Part shown: positions 24,530 to 37,625 of the stretch, in pieces | How positions within the stretch are numbered: position 1 is the stretch's first letter | Layout: every line of letters starts with the position of its first letter | NCBI RefSeq assembly: GCF_001194135.2 | Contig: NC_068998.1 | Span: 53,713,757 to 53,777,756, forward strand | Length of the DNA stretch: 64,000 nucleotides | Origin: Octopus bimaculoides | Taxonomy: Eukaryota | Direction of reading: 5' to 3' | Translations under genes and position numbers: made by a program | Notes under the pieces: generated by a model | What the model was told of the DNA's origin: nothing | The model's database searches: none | Seen by the model: only the letters and a program-made list of their open reading frames with translations

Positions 24530-25395
24530 CAGTCCCAGCTGCAGCAATTGCCGTTGTCGGTAAAACTGCTATATCAAATATTTATGGCCTTGCAGTATAT
24601 CGAGTATGTCTGACAGCACCAAATATTGTGTTGTACCTTTCTAATTAAGTTTACAATTTGCTTATTTAATGTTGCTCCTTTCAATGGATCAGTAATTAGA
24701 TATTAGACGTTGGAAATATTAGTAATATTTTAGAGAAGCATATAAGCACCTGGGGATAGATGGGTACTGATTAAGCCTAATTTAATGCAGCATTGACCCA
24801 TTGACCCATCTAGGCTTCCTTCACGTGGACGGACGTATTATCATTCTACTGACATTAAAATGGAATTTTGTTTTTCTCTTCAAATTGAATAGATGGCGAG
24901 ATATATATATTATATCAACCGTATCTATTGAGAGCTGCAATCATTTAACAAACGATCCTATTCCTTGAGGAAGAGATATCTACAATAAACAGAATGAGGT
25001 TGTTGAAAATTCGCTTTATTATTTATGCTCCAAGAAACCACACGCCAGTCAGACCTCATACCAGGCAGCAGATATGACAGGAATTTTCCTCCTCGACAAA
25101 ATATACCGAAGGTGTAAGATAGTGTATCACTGAAGTGTATACAAAGCTTTGCTCTTTTCTTTCTGTTGCTACTGTTCTTCTTGCTTTCGTTATTCTTGTT
25201 GTAGACAATATTTTGTAATTGACTGCTGTCGAGCAAAGACCTTCACAATTCTATTTCCTGCCTGTTCTGGCCTCCGTTATCTAATGTATATTTGTTTTGT
25301 TTAGACAGCAGAGTTTTATATAAGAGTCCTTCCTACAATTTTTAGCAAGTGAAGCGACCGTGTAGAGGCTGTCTTATATAGTACTTGTTTATTTA
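24530..25395 (+). pseudogene. Possible decayed, truncated LGR-type pseudogene (LRRs + TM1-TM3)
   Basis: CSNCRC (LRRNT-like), PNIVLYLSN*VYNL and SN*ILDVGNISNI (LRR-like). One frame from 25141 reads VATVLLAFVILVVDNIL* ... FYFLPVLASV ... FLQFLASEATV (25342-25362, resembles the LGR TM3 hallmark F(A/S)SExSV). Stop density is near random. Confidence 0.33.
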
Positions 25396-25607
25396 TAAAC
25401 ACATTAGTTCTATGAGAATCTCTCTGAATTCACTATCTAAGATTATTGCCGGTAATTTGCAAGAGATTACGCTCCTCTTTCGACACGTCGAATGGCCAGG
25501 TGTTACATGAATGGAAACAAACTTCTTTGCCAGTAAGTAACAATCTCTTTTATTTCTTTCTCACGCTTCTCTTTTATCCTTCTTCACTTCTCCCCCCTCC
25601 CCCTCTC

Positions 25608-25719
<112 letters not shown>

Positions 25720-25876
25720 TATATATCTATACACCATACAATTTCTATTATATTTGGGGGTTGAAATAGGTGAGAGATATTGATTTAACTCGACTAAGTT
25801 ATTAAAACCTAATTGTTTTGCAACGTAATTATATACGCAAGTTGTGAAAGTTAATATCTCTCACAAACTAGACAAA

Positions 25877-25907
<31 letters not shown>

Positions 25908-25912
25908 CTTCT

Positions 25913-25947
<35 letters not shown>

Positions 25948-25958
25948 TTCTTCTTCCT
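25877..25958. repeat. (CTT)n microsatellite
   Basis: Direct reading. Confidence 0.97.
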
Positions 25959-26409
25959 TTCTGTTAGCCCATCTAGCTATGATTGTGTGTAATCATGATC
26001 GAGTACGTTCCAAGCTCGACCACTACGTTGAATCGAATTTACTAGTCTAATTCAAAACTATAATTTGATTTTCTCTGACGGGGCAGAGTGTAATCTGCAA
26101 AACAATTCGCTCTTATTTCTGCCGTCACAAGGGATCCCGTAGAGACTCTTTCCTTTGTCTCCTCTTTATATCCGAACTGGCGCCATATACAAATGTTTTT
26201 AACCATCAACATAATTATTTTTCTTTCCTTTCTTTGGAGTATTTTAACAACGTGGTCTATTTTACTTGGGCAACAGATAACATCATACATATACAGAATC
26301 CTTTAGACATTTCATTAATCGAAGCGATGTCTATTAATTTGCCAGGTATAGTTATAATATTGAAATGAAATTTGGTTTTATAATCGTAACCAATGAGAAA
26401 ATAATCATC

Positions 26410-26735
26410 AGATGCATATAAACCGACATATATATGATTGTCTAAGAATGTGATTATGGATAGAAGTATACGAAATTATATAAGATTTCAAGAACGTAGG
26501 ATTACAAAAGCGTCTAGGACCTAGATAAGAATATAAGAATATGAACTTGACTAAAAATTCAAAACATGAATATAAGAATGTAAAGATATTGTCTAGGAAT
26601 TCAAGCATAAATATAAGAATATAATTTTTTCTAAGAAATCAAGTGTGAAATTGTTAATCTGAGAATCACATAGATTCTGTCATCGAACAACTGGAGCTTA
26701 AAATATTTACTATAAATATTAATATTTTACTAAGA
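26410..26735 (+). repeat. Module copy C (partial)
   Basis: 38-bp units (aagaatataagaatatgaacttgac..., gtctaggaattcaagcat) followed by aattgttaatctgagaatcaca as in copy D. Confidence 0.75.
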
Positions 26736-26782
26736 TTCTCAACAGAGAATTTATCATTTATTCCTTTCATTCATTGGACTAC

Positions 26783-26985
26783 TGGCACTCCGTCGGTTAG
26801 GACGACGAGAGTTCGAGTTGATCCGATCAACGGAATAGCCTGCTCGTGAAACCAAAGTTCAAGTGCAAGTGGCTGAGTACACCACCGACATGCGTACAAA
26901 TGTAGTTCTCAGGGAGATTCAATGTGAGATTGAATGTGACATGGGTGGCCCTTTTAAATTACAGGTACAACGAATTTTTACCTGC
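26783..26985 (-). mobile_element. SINE-like dispersed repeat (tggcactccgtcggtta...gcctgctcgtgaa...gtagttctcagggaga...tacaggtac)
   Basis: Second copy at 48593-48820; strand inferred from the tRNA-like end of that copy. Confidence 0.7.
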
Positions 26986-28152
26986 TTAGTGGATTTTCTT
27001 TGTATATGTGGATGTGTGCGCGTGTGTATGTGTCTGTGTATCTACGTCTGTGTGCGTGCGCGCGCGTATGTGAGTCTGTGTGTGTGTGTGAGTGTGTATG
27101 TGTGTTCTTTTGAGTGGGTTTTCGTGTTTAGGTTCAGAAAAAGCTCACTATCATTGCATTATGAATTCACCAGATGAATGCCTGACAGTATTTCTCCGAT
27201 AGTCCACGTTATGAGTTCAAATCCTACCGATGTCAAATTTGCCTCTCAACTTTTCGGGGCCAGTAACGTTACATAGCAGTGAAGCAACGGGCTCAATATA
27301 ACCGAATTGTACACCATTTCTATTTTTCCTGGCCTTATGCCAAAATACGAAATCGTTATGAATACTACCAGATTCATATTATATTCTCTCCTTCTAGGTG
27401 GTTGAGTAATTATGTTTGCAATAGCAGCGAACATTACTAATTTCTTTGAGAACTTCTCCCTTTTATATTATATAAATTCAATAGATCAGAAATCATTACT
27501 TATTGTGCATATTTTTAGAACTCGCAACTCAACAACGAGATTATAGTTTCTACTTTCATCAGTACAAGCTACAATTACACATAGTCGGAAGATCCAAGAA
27601 AAATGTCGTTATCTAGATGGGTTAATTTTTTTTTACTGTGAAAAGTGCTGACATTTTGCTGACACTAAAATTAGGAGATAAGCAAAATGTTATTCAACAA
27701 GTATATGACTTGCGCTAGATAGACATTTTTTCCGCGAATCACTCATAAGCAACAGATCTATTGAAAGCTGAAATTAGCTAACAAAGGACCCTGTTTTTTA
27801 GAAGAGGAGACAGAAATGTGTCTTGTGAAAAGAATGACGGTGTTGAAAATCTGATAAACTATCATTAGACATTGTGTGCGAAGATACATCAATCAGACGG
27901 CCATGTTCGACTGCAAAGAGGGTTGTAAAGCTATTGATAATGATAAGCGTGTGCAAGTGGCGAAAGAAAATATCTTTGAAGAACTACACAAAGAATTCCT
28001 GCCTTAGAATTGATACTTGTTGTTGTTGTTGTTGTTTAATGTGCGTCTCGTACGTTCAATCTTAACTGTGGTAAGACATCTATCTTTCAAAAATCTCTTT
28101 TCTTCATANNNNNNNNNNATATACATATATATATACACACATAAGCATATAC

Positions 28153-28200
<48 letters not shown>

Positions 28201-28395
28201 GCATATATAATGGACGTGACATCATAATTCACGCGTATATAAAGTATACATATAAAATGTATGTACACCCATATATTAAAATGTGCTATAATTTAACTGA
28301 CAGACTAATCTTCGGAACGCTTCATGGTATTTCAGAATATCACCTGGATATGTGTGTATGTGCATGTATATATATATATATATATATATATAGCC

Positions 28396-28628
28396 TTCAG
28401 GACCAGGAACAGAGACAGTGTTACTGCTTTGGAGAACCTTTGTCTTCAGTAGTCTGCACTACTGTTCCCAATTGTGGTGTCACCGCAGAGCGTAAAACTA
28501 ATTACGGAACCAGAAGCGATCCAGCGCCATTACACAAACAAGATAGACTCAGTAAAACACATGGGCTACGGAGAGAGGTTAAAGGAACTGGGACTCTACT
28601 CCCTGCAGAGTAGACGTGAAAGATATAA
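28396..28628 (+). mobile_element. CR1/L2-type LINE ORF2 C-terminal fragment
   Basis: ETVLLLWRTFVFSSLHYCSQLW then EAIQRHYTNKIDSVKHMGYGERLKELGLYSLQSRRERY, the typical post-RT motif (LE.IQR..T..I....Y.ERL..L.L.SL..RR). Confidence 0.8.
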
Positions 28629-28876
28629 GGCAAATGGGCTTTATTTTAATCTTTTTGGGACGATAGAGAGTAGACTGAGATATATTTATTTGCAGTTTCA
28701 CGACGACATGTTGATCGCAAAATTCCTCTTTTCAGTGGCCCATATTTCTAGACACGTGGCTTCTATGTGTATCTCTCTCTCAGTATATCAACATCCTTTT
28801 TTCCTTTCATTGCACTTTCGTTGGCTGAAAGACAAGGCACATCTTGCCACAGACGTCTGCACTAATTTCCCCTTTT

Positions 28877-29500
28877 GCTTTTAATTTGACATCTATAATC
28901 ATAATAAATCAATGAACAAAATGAAAATGACACATAAAGAAGGAATAGACAATTGTCTGTGAACACAGCGAAGAATATAAGAATATGAGACTTTATAGGA
29001 ACACGAAAATCAATAAAAGAATTTAAGGATGAAATTTAAGGATATCACAGTATGAATTTGTCGAGAAACTCAAGAATATAAACATTTGCATGAAATCAAG
29101 CATGAATATGAGAATATAAACTTGTCTACCAACCGAAGCATGTAATTGTTAATCTGGGAATCACATCGTGAGACCTACTAAGAACAGCTCAAGATTAAAA
29201 ATGTTTACATTGGATATTAATGCCTTGTCGTTGTTGTTTGGTAATATTATATCTATATATATGAATTGTAAATCCGCAGACGCTATTGTAGCAGAAATCT
29301 TACTGATGTGGAAAAATCTGCCACTCTATCAGAAGTATTGGCAAATGAAAAGCCACCAAGTTCATAATATCACAATATACAGGGAAATATGGCTGCTGGT
29401 ATGACATCTATTTTATCGTGTTATATTGATTTTATTGTAATTTTAAAAAGAATCTTCTATCTATTTCTAATACGTTTATGAGAAATAATTTCAGAAAGTT
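28877..29500 (+). repeat. Module copy D
   Basis: tttaatttgacatctataa, 38-bp units, aattgttaatctgggaatcaca, tgtaaatcc..gacgcta, end gaaagttaa. Confidence 0.8.
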
Positions 29501-29569
29501 AAATGAATTACACAACTGAAACACATTTTCAGTAATTTCGTGAACAGTGAGAGGTTTTTAGCCGAGTTA

Positions 29570-29650
29570 CAGTAATCCCTCGACTATCGCGGGTGTCAAG
29601 TTCCAAAACCCCACTGCGATAGGTGGAAATCTGCAAAGTAGAAACAGTAC
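29570..29650 (+). mobile_element. Tigger/pogo-like (TcMar) terminal fragment
   Basis: TA|CAGTAATCCCTCGACTATCGCGGGTG...GCGATAGG resembles MER2/Tigger-type termini with a TA target; the matching second end was not found. Confidence 0.55.
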
Positions 29651-30019
29651 TGTACTGTATATATATATATATATATTTTATTTTTATTTTCATAATTTGT
29701 ATATATTTACCATGAAACGAATAGTTTGCAATATTTAAAAGTTACTTCTTCAGATTGTGCGTGGGGCAAAGCATCACCGATATTCATTTCCCCCATAAAT
29801 TCCAAAACACAAATCAGAGAGGCTAGACATGACTGGAAGATATTTGATCACAGTTGATCATACGTTAGCTGCAGCAACAATAACATCAACAACTACAGGA
29901 ACAATAATAAAAATAATAGTCGAAATATAATATTTTATATAATGGCGATGCATTTGACAGAAACAATACAGCGTCTGAAGTTTGATCAAAAGAAAACAAC
30001 ATTATATAGATAACGAAGT

Positions 30020-30180
30020 TAACAAATCGTTAATTGACATTGCACTGTACATTGAGGATAATATGATCGGGAAATAAACAAGAGATCACATAGACAGAGA
30101 CAGAAGTATTGAATTATAAAACTATAATCACATGTTCGATATAAGTTTCTTATTCCCTTTTGTAATCGGAATAACTTCAA
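30020..30180 (+). mobile_element. Degenerate restriction-like endonuclease (RLE) region of an R2/R4-like LINE
   Basis: LIDIALYIEDN ... FPFVIGIT resembles the RLE motif LIDIA.P.D.N ... IPIVIG.LG. Confidence 0.4.
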
Positions 30181-30463
30181 TAATACCTATCTACTATTTA
30201 CAAATGAACAATACGAATAGTTTAAGATAATTGCAAATCTGATAAATCTTTCTCTCTTTTTTTTTTCGTTTTATTGGTTAACTTTACTCTTTAAAAGACA
30301 TGTTTACTAAAACATGTTGCATTCTTTTGTAACGCAATAGAGTGATATGGAAATTTCTAAGATTTTATATAAATAAAAGTTATAATGGTGATAGCTGTGT
30401 TTGTAATAATAATGAAACAAAAATAACAGTAATGATAATAATAATTACATCAACAACAAGGAA

Positions 30464-30501
<38 letters not shown>

Positions 30502-33394
30502 CTTTTATTTGCTGCATGGCATCTGTTGAAAGGTACGTTACAATTTATATAGAAGATGAGTCGAAAAAAGTGGAGAAAGGGAGATAACAAGTATACGAAG
30601 AATACGGAATATGAGAACAGATGGATGATGGTGTGCTCCTGATATAGGCGAGCATCCAATAAGGATCAACCAAGAAATCATAGAGTTTTATGAACTTGCG
30701 ACTGGAGGTTTACCGCACCGACGATTTCAAAGAGGGTTAAGTCAATATTATACTCGGCTACCAACAACAAGAAATAAGAACTTTAATATGTTTTGCGTAA
30801 GTAATAAAGTAGAAAATTTAAAGATTAAATACTCAGTTTTTTAAAGTTTGTCTAAACGAGAAGTGATTCTCTCGCCTTTAATGACGAATCCATCACTGGA
30901 GGCAAACTACGTGGCTGTGCCGTTTGATTTCGATAAAATACATCACTTTACATTGCATATCAATCAGTTTCGCTTATCGAGAGCTCATCAAAAGAAAATA
31001 CGAAAAACTAGTTACATCAATGAAAATATTGGGAAAGATGTGAAATTAGTGCAGGTTATAAATGCAAAGGGTACTCAGTAAGTAACTTAACTAAAAGGTT
31101 ATGATTTTTAAACATTAAGAAAGTGAGAATGAAACCAAGTACTTATATATGCATACATATATATATATAGTTAAGTTTCAGTCGAATTAGGTGCTTAAGT
31201 TGAATCACCAAATCAGTTTGCTATAATTCGCACAGCTCGAAGCAAGAGAATAACATCAAAATAAGCAACAGGATATGAAGTAGTAATGCAGTACGACCGT
31301 TTCAAGCGGTTCCATTTGATTGAACAATGCAATGAAGGTAACTGCAACTTTGATTTACTTCAAGTCGCTCCAGGAATATCTTTTAGTTCGGTGAGTCATC
31401 CATCTTATGTCATATTTCTCCGCCGATAAGACCAAAGCCTTTGAATGGTTTTCGTCATGAGGAAGTCTCGGGATATTAAGGCAATCTTGCGCCACGACAC
31501 GATGTAGATTGACTGGATGCAATANNNNNNNNNNNNNNNNNNNNNNNNNNNNNNNNNNNNNNNNNNNNNNNNNNNNNNNNNNNNNNNNNNNNNNNNNNNN
31601 NNNNNNNNNNNNNNNNNNNNNNNNNNNNNNNNNNNNNNNNNNNNNNNNNNNNNNNNNNNNNNNNNNNNNNNNNNNNNNNNNNNNNNNNNNNNNNNNNNNN
31701 NNNNNNNNNNNNNNNNNNNNNNNNNNNNNNNNNNNNNNNNNNNNNNNNNNNNNNNNNNNNNNNNNNNNNNNNNNNNNNNNNNNNNNNNNNNNNNNNNNNN
31801 NNNNNNNNNNNNNNNNNNNNNNNNNNNNNNNNNNNNNNNNNNNNNNNNNNNNNNNNNNNNNNNNNNNNNNNNNNNNNNNNNNNNNNNNNNNNNNNNNNNN
31901 NNNNNNNNNNNNNNNNNNNNNNNNNNNNNNNNNNNNNNNNNNNNNNNNNNNNNNNNNNNNNNNNNNNNNNNNNNNNNNNNNNNNNNNNNNNNNNNNNNNN
32001 NNNNNNNNNNNNNNNNNNNNNNNNNNNNNNNNNNNNNNNNNNNNNNNNNNNNNNNNNNNNNATATATATATATATACATATATATACCTATACGTATATA
32101 TGTATATATATGCACATATATGTACATATATATGTGTGCATATATATATATATATGTGTGTGTGTGTGTATGTATATATGTGTGCTAGTACCAGATATAT
32201 TCTATCCATGAAGCTAATATGTTGAGCTGGTAAAAGAAAATGAACGTCACTAACGAGGTGCAGTCAACGAATGCCTGCATCGCCCGCCGCCAACACAAAT
32301 CCCAATCACAGTACAGTCATCTGTTTCCTCCTTTCTTCATCAGATGCGATTCATCTCCTGATGCTTTGCTTCGGCACTTTTTATTTCAGCCGAATTAGTG
32401 ATTATATGGACATGATTTTTAATATCGTTTCTTTTCTTTCAAAAAAAGAAAAATTCGCTCTTGGTTGTTAATTTATAATTTGTTCGTCTTGTTCAGTTAA
32501 TTCACATGCCACATAACAACAAATCAAGCGGTGTTTGCTTTGTTGGAGATTAGTTGAAGTAATATTTCAGAGACGCTGTTCGTATGGAACTCATTAAGTT
32601 TGTGTTAACATACATAATGCAGGTGGCTATGAAAAAGCAAAGTAGAAAAACATCGCTGTAATAATGATAGCATTAGAACCAAGTACGTGATCACGTTCCC
32701 AAGTGATCCATTGATTAATCAACTGGTTTTGCTGTTGTCGTCGTCGTCGTCGTCGTTGTTGCTCCTTTTAATTTATTAGGTTATTTTAGAAGAAGGGACG
32801 TATCCATGTCCTTTAAAGACTTTTCAGGATCGATCACATTCACGCAGTTATCCGTGATCGCATGAATTACTGAAGACTGACATTCTGACAGAGAAGAAAT
32901 CGGTGCAACGGTGGAGTCTCCGTCTGGCGAGGGGCACTCAAGATTCAGAAGACAATGTTGGCCAACGCTTGGTATTGGTCAGTGAAGCACTTTGTATTCA
33001 GCTACATTTACATAGTGGTCATTTTATCATTAGCATACTCGTGTCGTCGAAAATGCTGGCAGTTTTATTAATGATACAAATGGTGCATCAAAACAACGGG
33101 AGAAACAATTGATGAACAATGGTGAAGCAGATTAATAATTAGATTCAGTGTTATGGCCCCTGTTAAAAATATTTTATGATTGAAATTAATACGTTGAATA
33201 AAATTTACGACTAAAGTTAACAGTTTTGTTTCATTAGAATACCAGCTGCCTCACAGAGAAAATTCCTCACAATCGCTCATCTGCATTTAGCATTTGTGGC
33301 TGTCCCTTTCTCCCACACCATTTACCGTTTTAGTTTCCCTCTACAAGCGTGACCGCAGCGTGAAATACGTTGCGTTTTATTATTAAATGTGATT

Positions 33395-33500
33395 CAGAAA
33401 CGTTAACACGCCGGGCGAAATACATAGCGGTATGTCTGAGTTCAAATTCTGCTGAGGTTACCTTTGCCTTTCATCCTTTCGGGGTCAATAAATTAGGTAT
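33395..33500 (+). mobile_element. tRNA-derived SINE with internal deletion
   Basis: cagaaacgttaacacgccgggcgaaat...gagttcaaattc...catcctttcggggtcaataaatt. Confidence 0.8.
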
Positions 33501-33529
33501 ATGTGCGCGCGTGCACTTATACTCGTGTG

Positions 33530-33895
33530 GTCATGCACAAGGGGTGATGTACAAGGGGTGAGAGTATGCGGATAGACAGGTATGGAGAAGTGTAGGGTAT
33601 TGGCGATTTGCGGTGATCATCGTGGGGGTTAATTTGTGACTGTGACCTTGATGCAGGCGGTGTTAGGGGTGGCTGGTTCTAAGGAGGTATATCCAGCTTG
33701 AAATTTACCAGAAGGGAGTACCTCTGCTGACAGCAATACGATAGCTCATATTTCTTGCTGGTAGATATTGCGTGTTGGTAGATGCTATGCAGGTTTTCGC
33801 GGAGGCACAACGGGAAATCCGTGCACCGAGTAAATATGGTAGCGCCCTGTCGTTAATAGTCCATTTCACGCTGAGCGTTTCGTCTCGGAGGTCAC
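33530..33895 (-). mobile_element. Penelope-like element 3' fragment (GIY-YIG C-terminal region)
   Basis: VKWTINDRALPYLLGARISRCASAKTCI resembles the Penelope-type motif I.W.I.DRA.PY.....C.LC..EK..I; higher-GC island next to a TACA microsatellite. Confidence 0.55.
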
Positions 33896-34049
33896 ACATA
33901 CATACATACATACATACATACATACATACATGCATACATACATACATGCATACATACATATATAAAACACACACATATTCAACATAGTTTCTTTATGGCT
34001 CCATTCATGGGCAGTGACTATAGTCACACACCAATTTATATAAGCATAC

Positions 34050-35054
34050 GATTTTATATCGACAAATCTTCCATCAGGTAACGCAGTTAACTTAAATAAT
34101 TTCGGAGTTATTTGCTATTTAGTCTGTTTGAAAAGGACGGACAGCAATAACACAAATATAAACCAGATGTTATCGTCATTTAGATGTTTCTAACTTATAC
34201 AATATTACATTTCATCTGGCATCTAATTGCAAAATTGTATGTAGACTGGCGTATAGATAACCGTCAAGAATATTCATAAGTGTATGAAGAAAGATTTTTC
34301 CACCTCAACGCGTTACAAATCTTTCATTTGGAAGCAAGTAATTTTATAGGTCTTGGAAATTCGGTAGAAAATATTTTAAATACGGATGATCTTCAGGTGT
34401 TTCTGTTACACCTTAAACAATGACTTTGATAGATAAGGAAGGTGGCTATACACAATATAAAACGAAAAAGAAAATATTCAGTTGTCACTAATTGTAACTG
34501 ACGATGCAAGTAGCACTTACATTGCTAAATATAAAAGTTTAAAAAAACACTTAGAGATGCAAAGAGGCAAATGTATATGCACTGACAGGGGAAATAACCA
34601 CCCCACAGCCAGCGAGATCATCTTACTCGTGTAGTTTCAATCCGAATAAGCCCCTCAGTGGTGACTACTCCATCGCTGGTTGTGTTGGTTAATTTACTAC
34701 TTTACCATATGAATCAGTGGCTGATTCAGCAAAATAGTAATGTGAAAATTATAAAATAACAAAGATGGCTATACTCTATATAAAACCAAAAGGAAAATAT
34801 TCAGTTGTATTCGTGCTTCTTCTTTTTTCTTTTGTATACGTTTCGTGACGTCCCGTGCCCACATATGCATATATACTATGTATATATATATATANNNNNN
34901 NNNNNNNNNNNNNNNNNNNNNNNNNNNNNNNNNNNNNNNNNNNNNNNNNNNNNNNNNNNNNNNNNNNNNNNNNNNNNNNNNNNNNNNNNNNNNNNNNNNN
35001 NNNNNNNNNNNNNNNNNNNNNNNNNNNNNNNNNNNNNNNNNNNNNNNNNNNNNN

Positions 35055-35100
<46 letters not shown>

Positions 35101-37390
35101 AATAAACACATACACATACATACGTTCCGAATTTCTACGATAATTTTATTCTTATACTGCTGTTGTCAGTCCAGTGTACAACGGATACGTCTTGCGCCAG
35201 AACACCAAAATAATAACGGTTAAAACTAATCTGAAATGAAATATTATTTCTATTTCTATGATAGAAATCAAACCATAGAGACATTGACATATCTCCCTGG
35301 GTGTCACATAAGCCATTTTTCACCGACTTTTCTGTCGCTGGAAGTTTAACACAGCCTTGAAGCAAATTTAATTAAAGGCAATAATCAAATCAGTTAAATA
35401 ATAGAGGATATTTTACTTTGCTGCTCCGTGCAACACTGGAATCATGCAATCATTATTGTGTATTGGCAGAAATTTCACAAAGACAATACAAGGCTGCAAG
35501 AATATATTCTTCTCTCTCTCCACTTAGTTGTACCAAACAGCAAAAGTTATACTTTCTTCATCGTCATGACCACCACCACCAAAATTACAAGTATCATTGC
35601 CGCCGCCGTCACGAGCATACTACTGCCACTAACATAAGCGCCAGCATCCCCACCATCAACATTAGACCACCACCATCACTACCACCTCCATTACTATCAC
35701 CTCCATCACTACCACCTCCATTACTATCACCTCCATCACTACCACCTCCATCACTGCCACTAAAGATCCGGTTTATGGATATTATATCTCGAATGGTTAG
35801 AATATCTATGGACGTAATTAATATTTTGTGGCACATCTTGAGAATGAACTAAGAGTATGAAAACTAACATTCAGATAATTTACTTTGATGAGACGAAATT
35901 CTACAGATTCAGAGAAATCTACGTCTGGAAGAAAGTTGTGGGGCTTTTTTCTAAATTTATCAATTAACCGAGGATTGACATTGGATTCAAAGCTTGTCTT
36001 TGCGATAATCAGAACAGCGGGTTTTTATTATGCACACAACACCAAATCCGACAGATTCATCTCATTTGACGACACTCATACCGATATCGAAAATGTCTTG
36101 GATTTTTTATTCTTACCTAAAACATTATAATTGATGGCCGTTTGATGAGTATGAAGTATGACTTCAATTTCTGTCTTTGTTATAATGTTATATTTAGTGA
36201 AATGGTCATCACCAGTCAATACATGGTCGAGGAATAATAATCCCATGTGTCGAACTCAGGAAATGTGTTTCCTGCTTGACCAAGAATCGGTTCAAATCAA
36301 TTACCTCTAATATGAAATCCAACAGGGGTAAAGTATTTGCTAACTTGAGAGATTGTTCTATCAAAAATATTTGCTGATCGAATCGATCAGCAAATAATTT
36401 TTTATAGAACTTAGGAGTGCAAGGTTTTGACTACACTAAACCCAAATGTGGCCGACCATATTTAACTTATAATACATCCAGTGTCAGTAAACTGAGAAAA
36501 ACTCTAACCAATATACACGAGCAGGTGTAAATACTCTGTTATCAACTAGTGACCTTTAAAATGTGACAGTATGATTCAAGATATTATATACCAATATTTA
36601 TTTGCCACCAACAATAAATTTATATCTTACATTTGTTCTCCAAATCAAAGATTTATTCTCACGAGCATTTCCTTGGGAACCTTGACTTAAGCTAATGAAA
36701 CGTTTTGCATTTACTTGTTAAAAGAAATTCGAATGTCATGTGAGGTGAAAGAGTGTGAACTACATTTGTGTGTTACAGATATAACAACCCCTGCTTCGTG
36801 CTCACATGCTGCACTATCATATCGAATTTCTTAATCAACTGCCATTCAGGAAAGCTTCGGAGCTGCATTCACTGATAATTTAATTCGTTTAATGCTTTCA
36901 GGCCGAACATTTTCTCGCACCACTAAAAATAGATTATATACCTCAATAGGTGTGCGTCTATATTGTATTGTCTTCATGTATTTTTGCTTATACTACACTA
37001 TTCAATGGACATTTCACGTTCTTAATTCAATTCCTAATAGATTTACACATCCACAAACACTAATTCCAAACACATCAACCCCTGCTGTGCATCGCTCTTT
37101 TATCTGTTTTTATTTTTTTACATTTCTGTCCTTGCATGTTGTTTCCTGGAGGCTGTTGGTATCTTTTTATTTTACTTTTATTTTACTTGGATTCCTTTAT
37201 CCATTTTCTCAATTTTTTCTGCATTTTGCTTCGTTTTTATTCATTATTGGGAAGCCTATAAGAAAAATATCACGGCCAACCTACAACTGTGGACTGCAGT
37301 AAACAAAAATATAACCCTTTCAAACTGCATAAAGTCTGTATTCAGCACTTCCTATTCCGCAGGAGCTACTCATGTTTTCAGCGAAAATTG
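34050..37390 (+). pseudogene. Possible decayed TLR-like gene interrupted by a gap and microsatellites
   Basis: LRR-like HLDVSN (~34178), FFHLNALQIFHLEASNF (~34295), ETLTYLPGCHISHFSPTFLSL...NLIKGNNQIS (35278-35394) and LNLSINRGLTLDSKLVF (~35951); NNPCFVLTCC (36783-36812, LRRCT-like); TM-like IGVRLYCIVFMYFCLYYTIQW; KVCIQHF (~37331, weak TIR box-2-like). Confidence 0.38.
35655..35758. repeat. 15/30-bp CCA/TCA-derived minisatellite
   Basis: ccatcactaccacctccattactatcacct units x~3; gives the PPSLPPPLLS translation. Confidence 0.9.
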
Positions 37391-37393
37391 GTT

Positions 37394-37440
<47 letters not shown>

Positions 37441-37625
37441 NNNNNNNNNNNNNNNNNNNNNNNNNNNNNNNNNNNNNNNNNNNNNNNNNNNNNNNNNNNN
37501 NNNNNNNNNNNNNNNNNNNNNNNNNNNNNNNNNNNNNNNNNNNNNNNNNNNNNNNNNNNNNNNNNNNNNNNNNNNNNNNNNNNNNNNNNNNNNNNNNNNN
37601 NNAGATAGATAGATAGATAGATATA

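Noticed and set aside
24958-25236. Minus-strand ORF with TIR-like KLCIHF
   Set aside because: No RDF.PG or other TIR boxes follow; the plus strand gives a more coherent LRR-to-TM reading.
26408-26608. 13-aa repeat protein (LEFLDKFIFLYSC) encoded by the module minisatellite
   Set aside because: The unit is 38 bp and shifts frame in copies A, B and D; the frame is kept here only by local indels.
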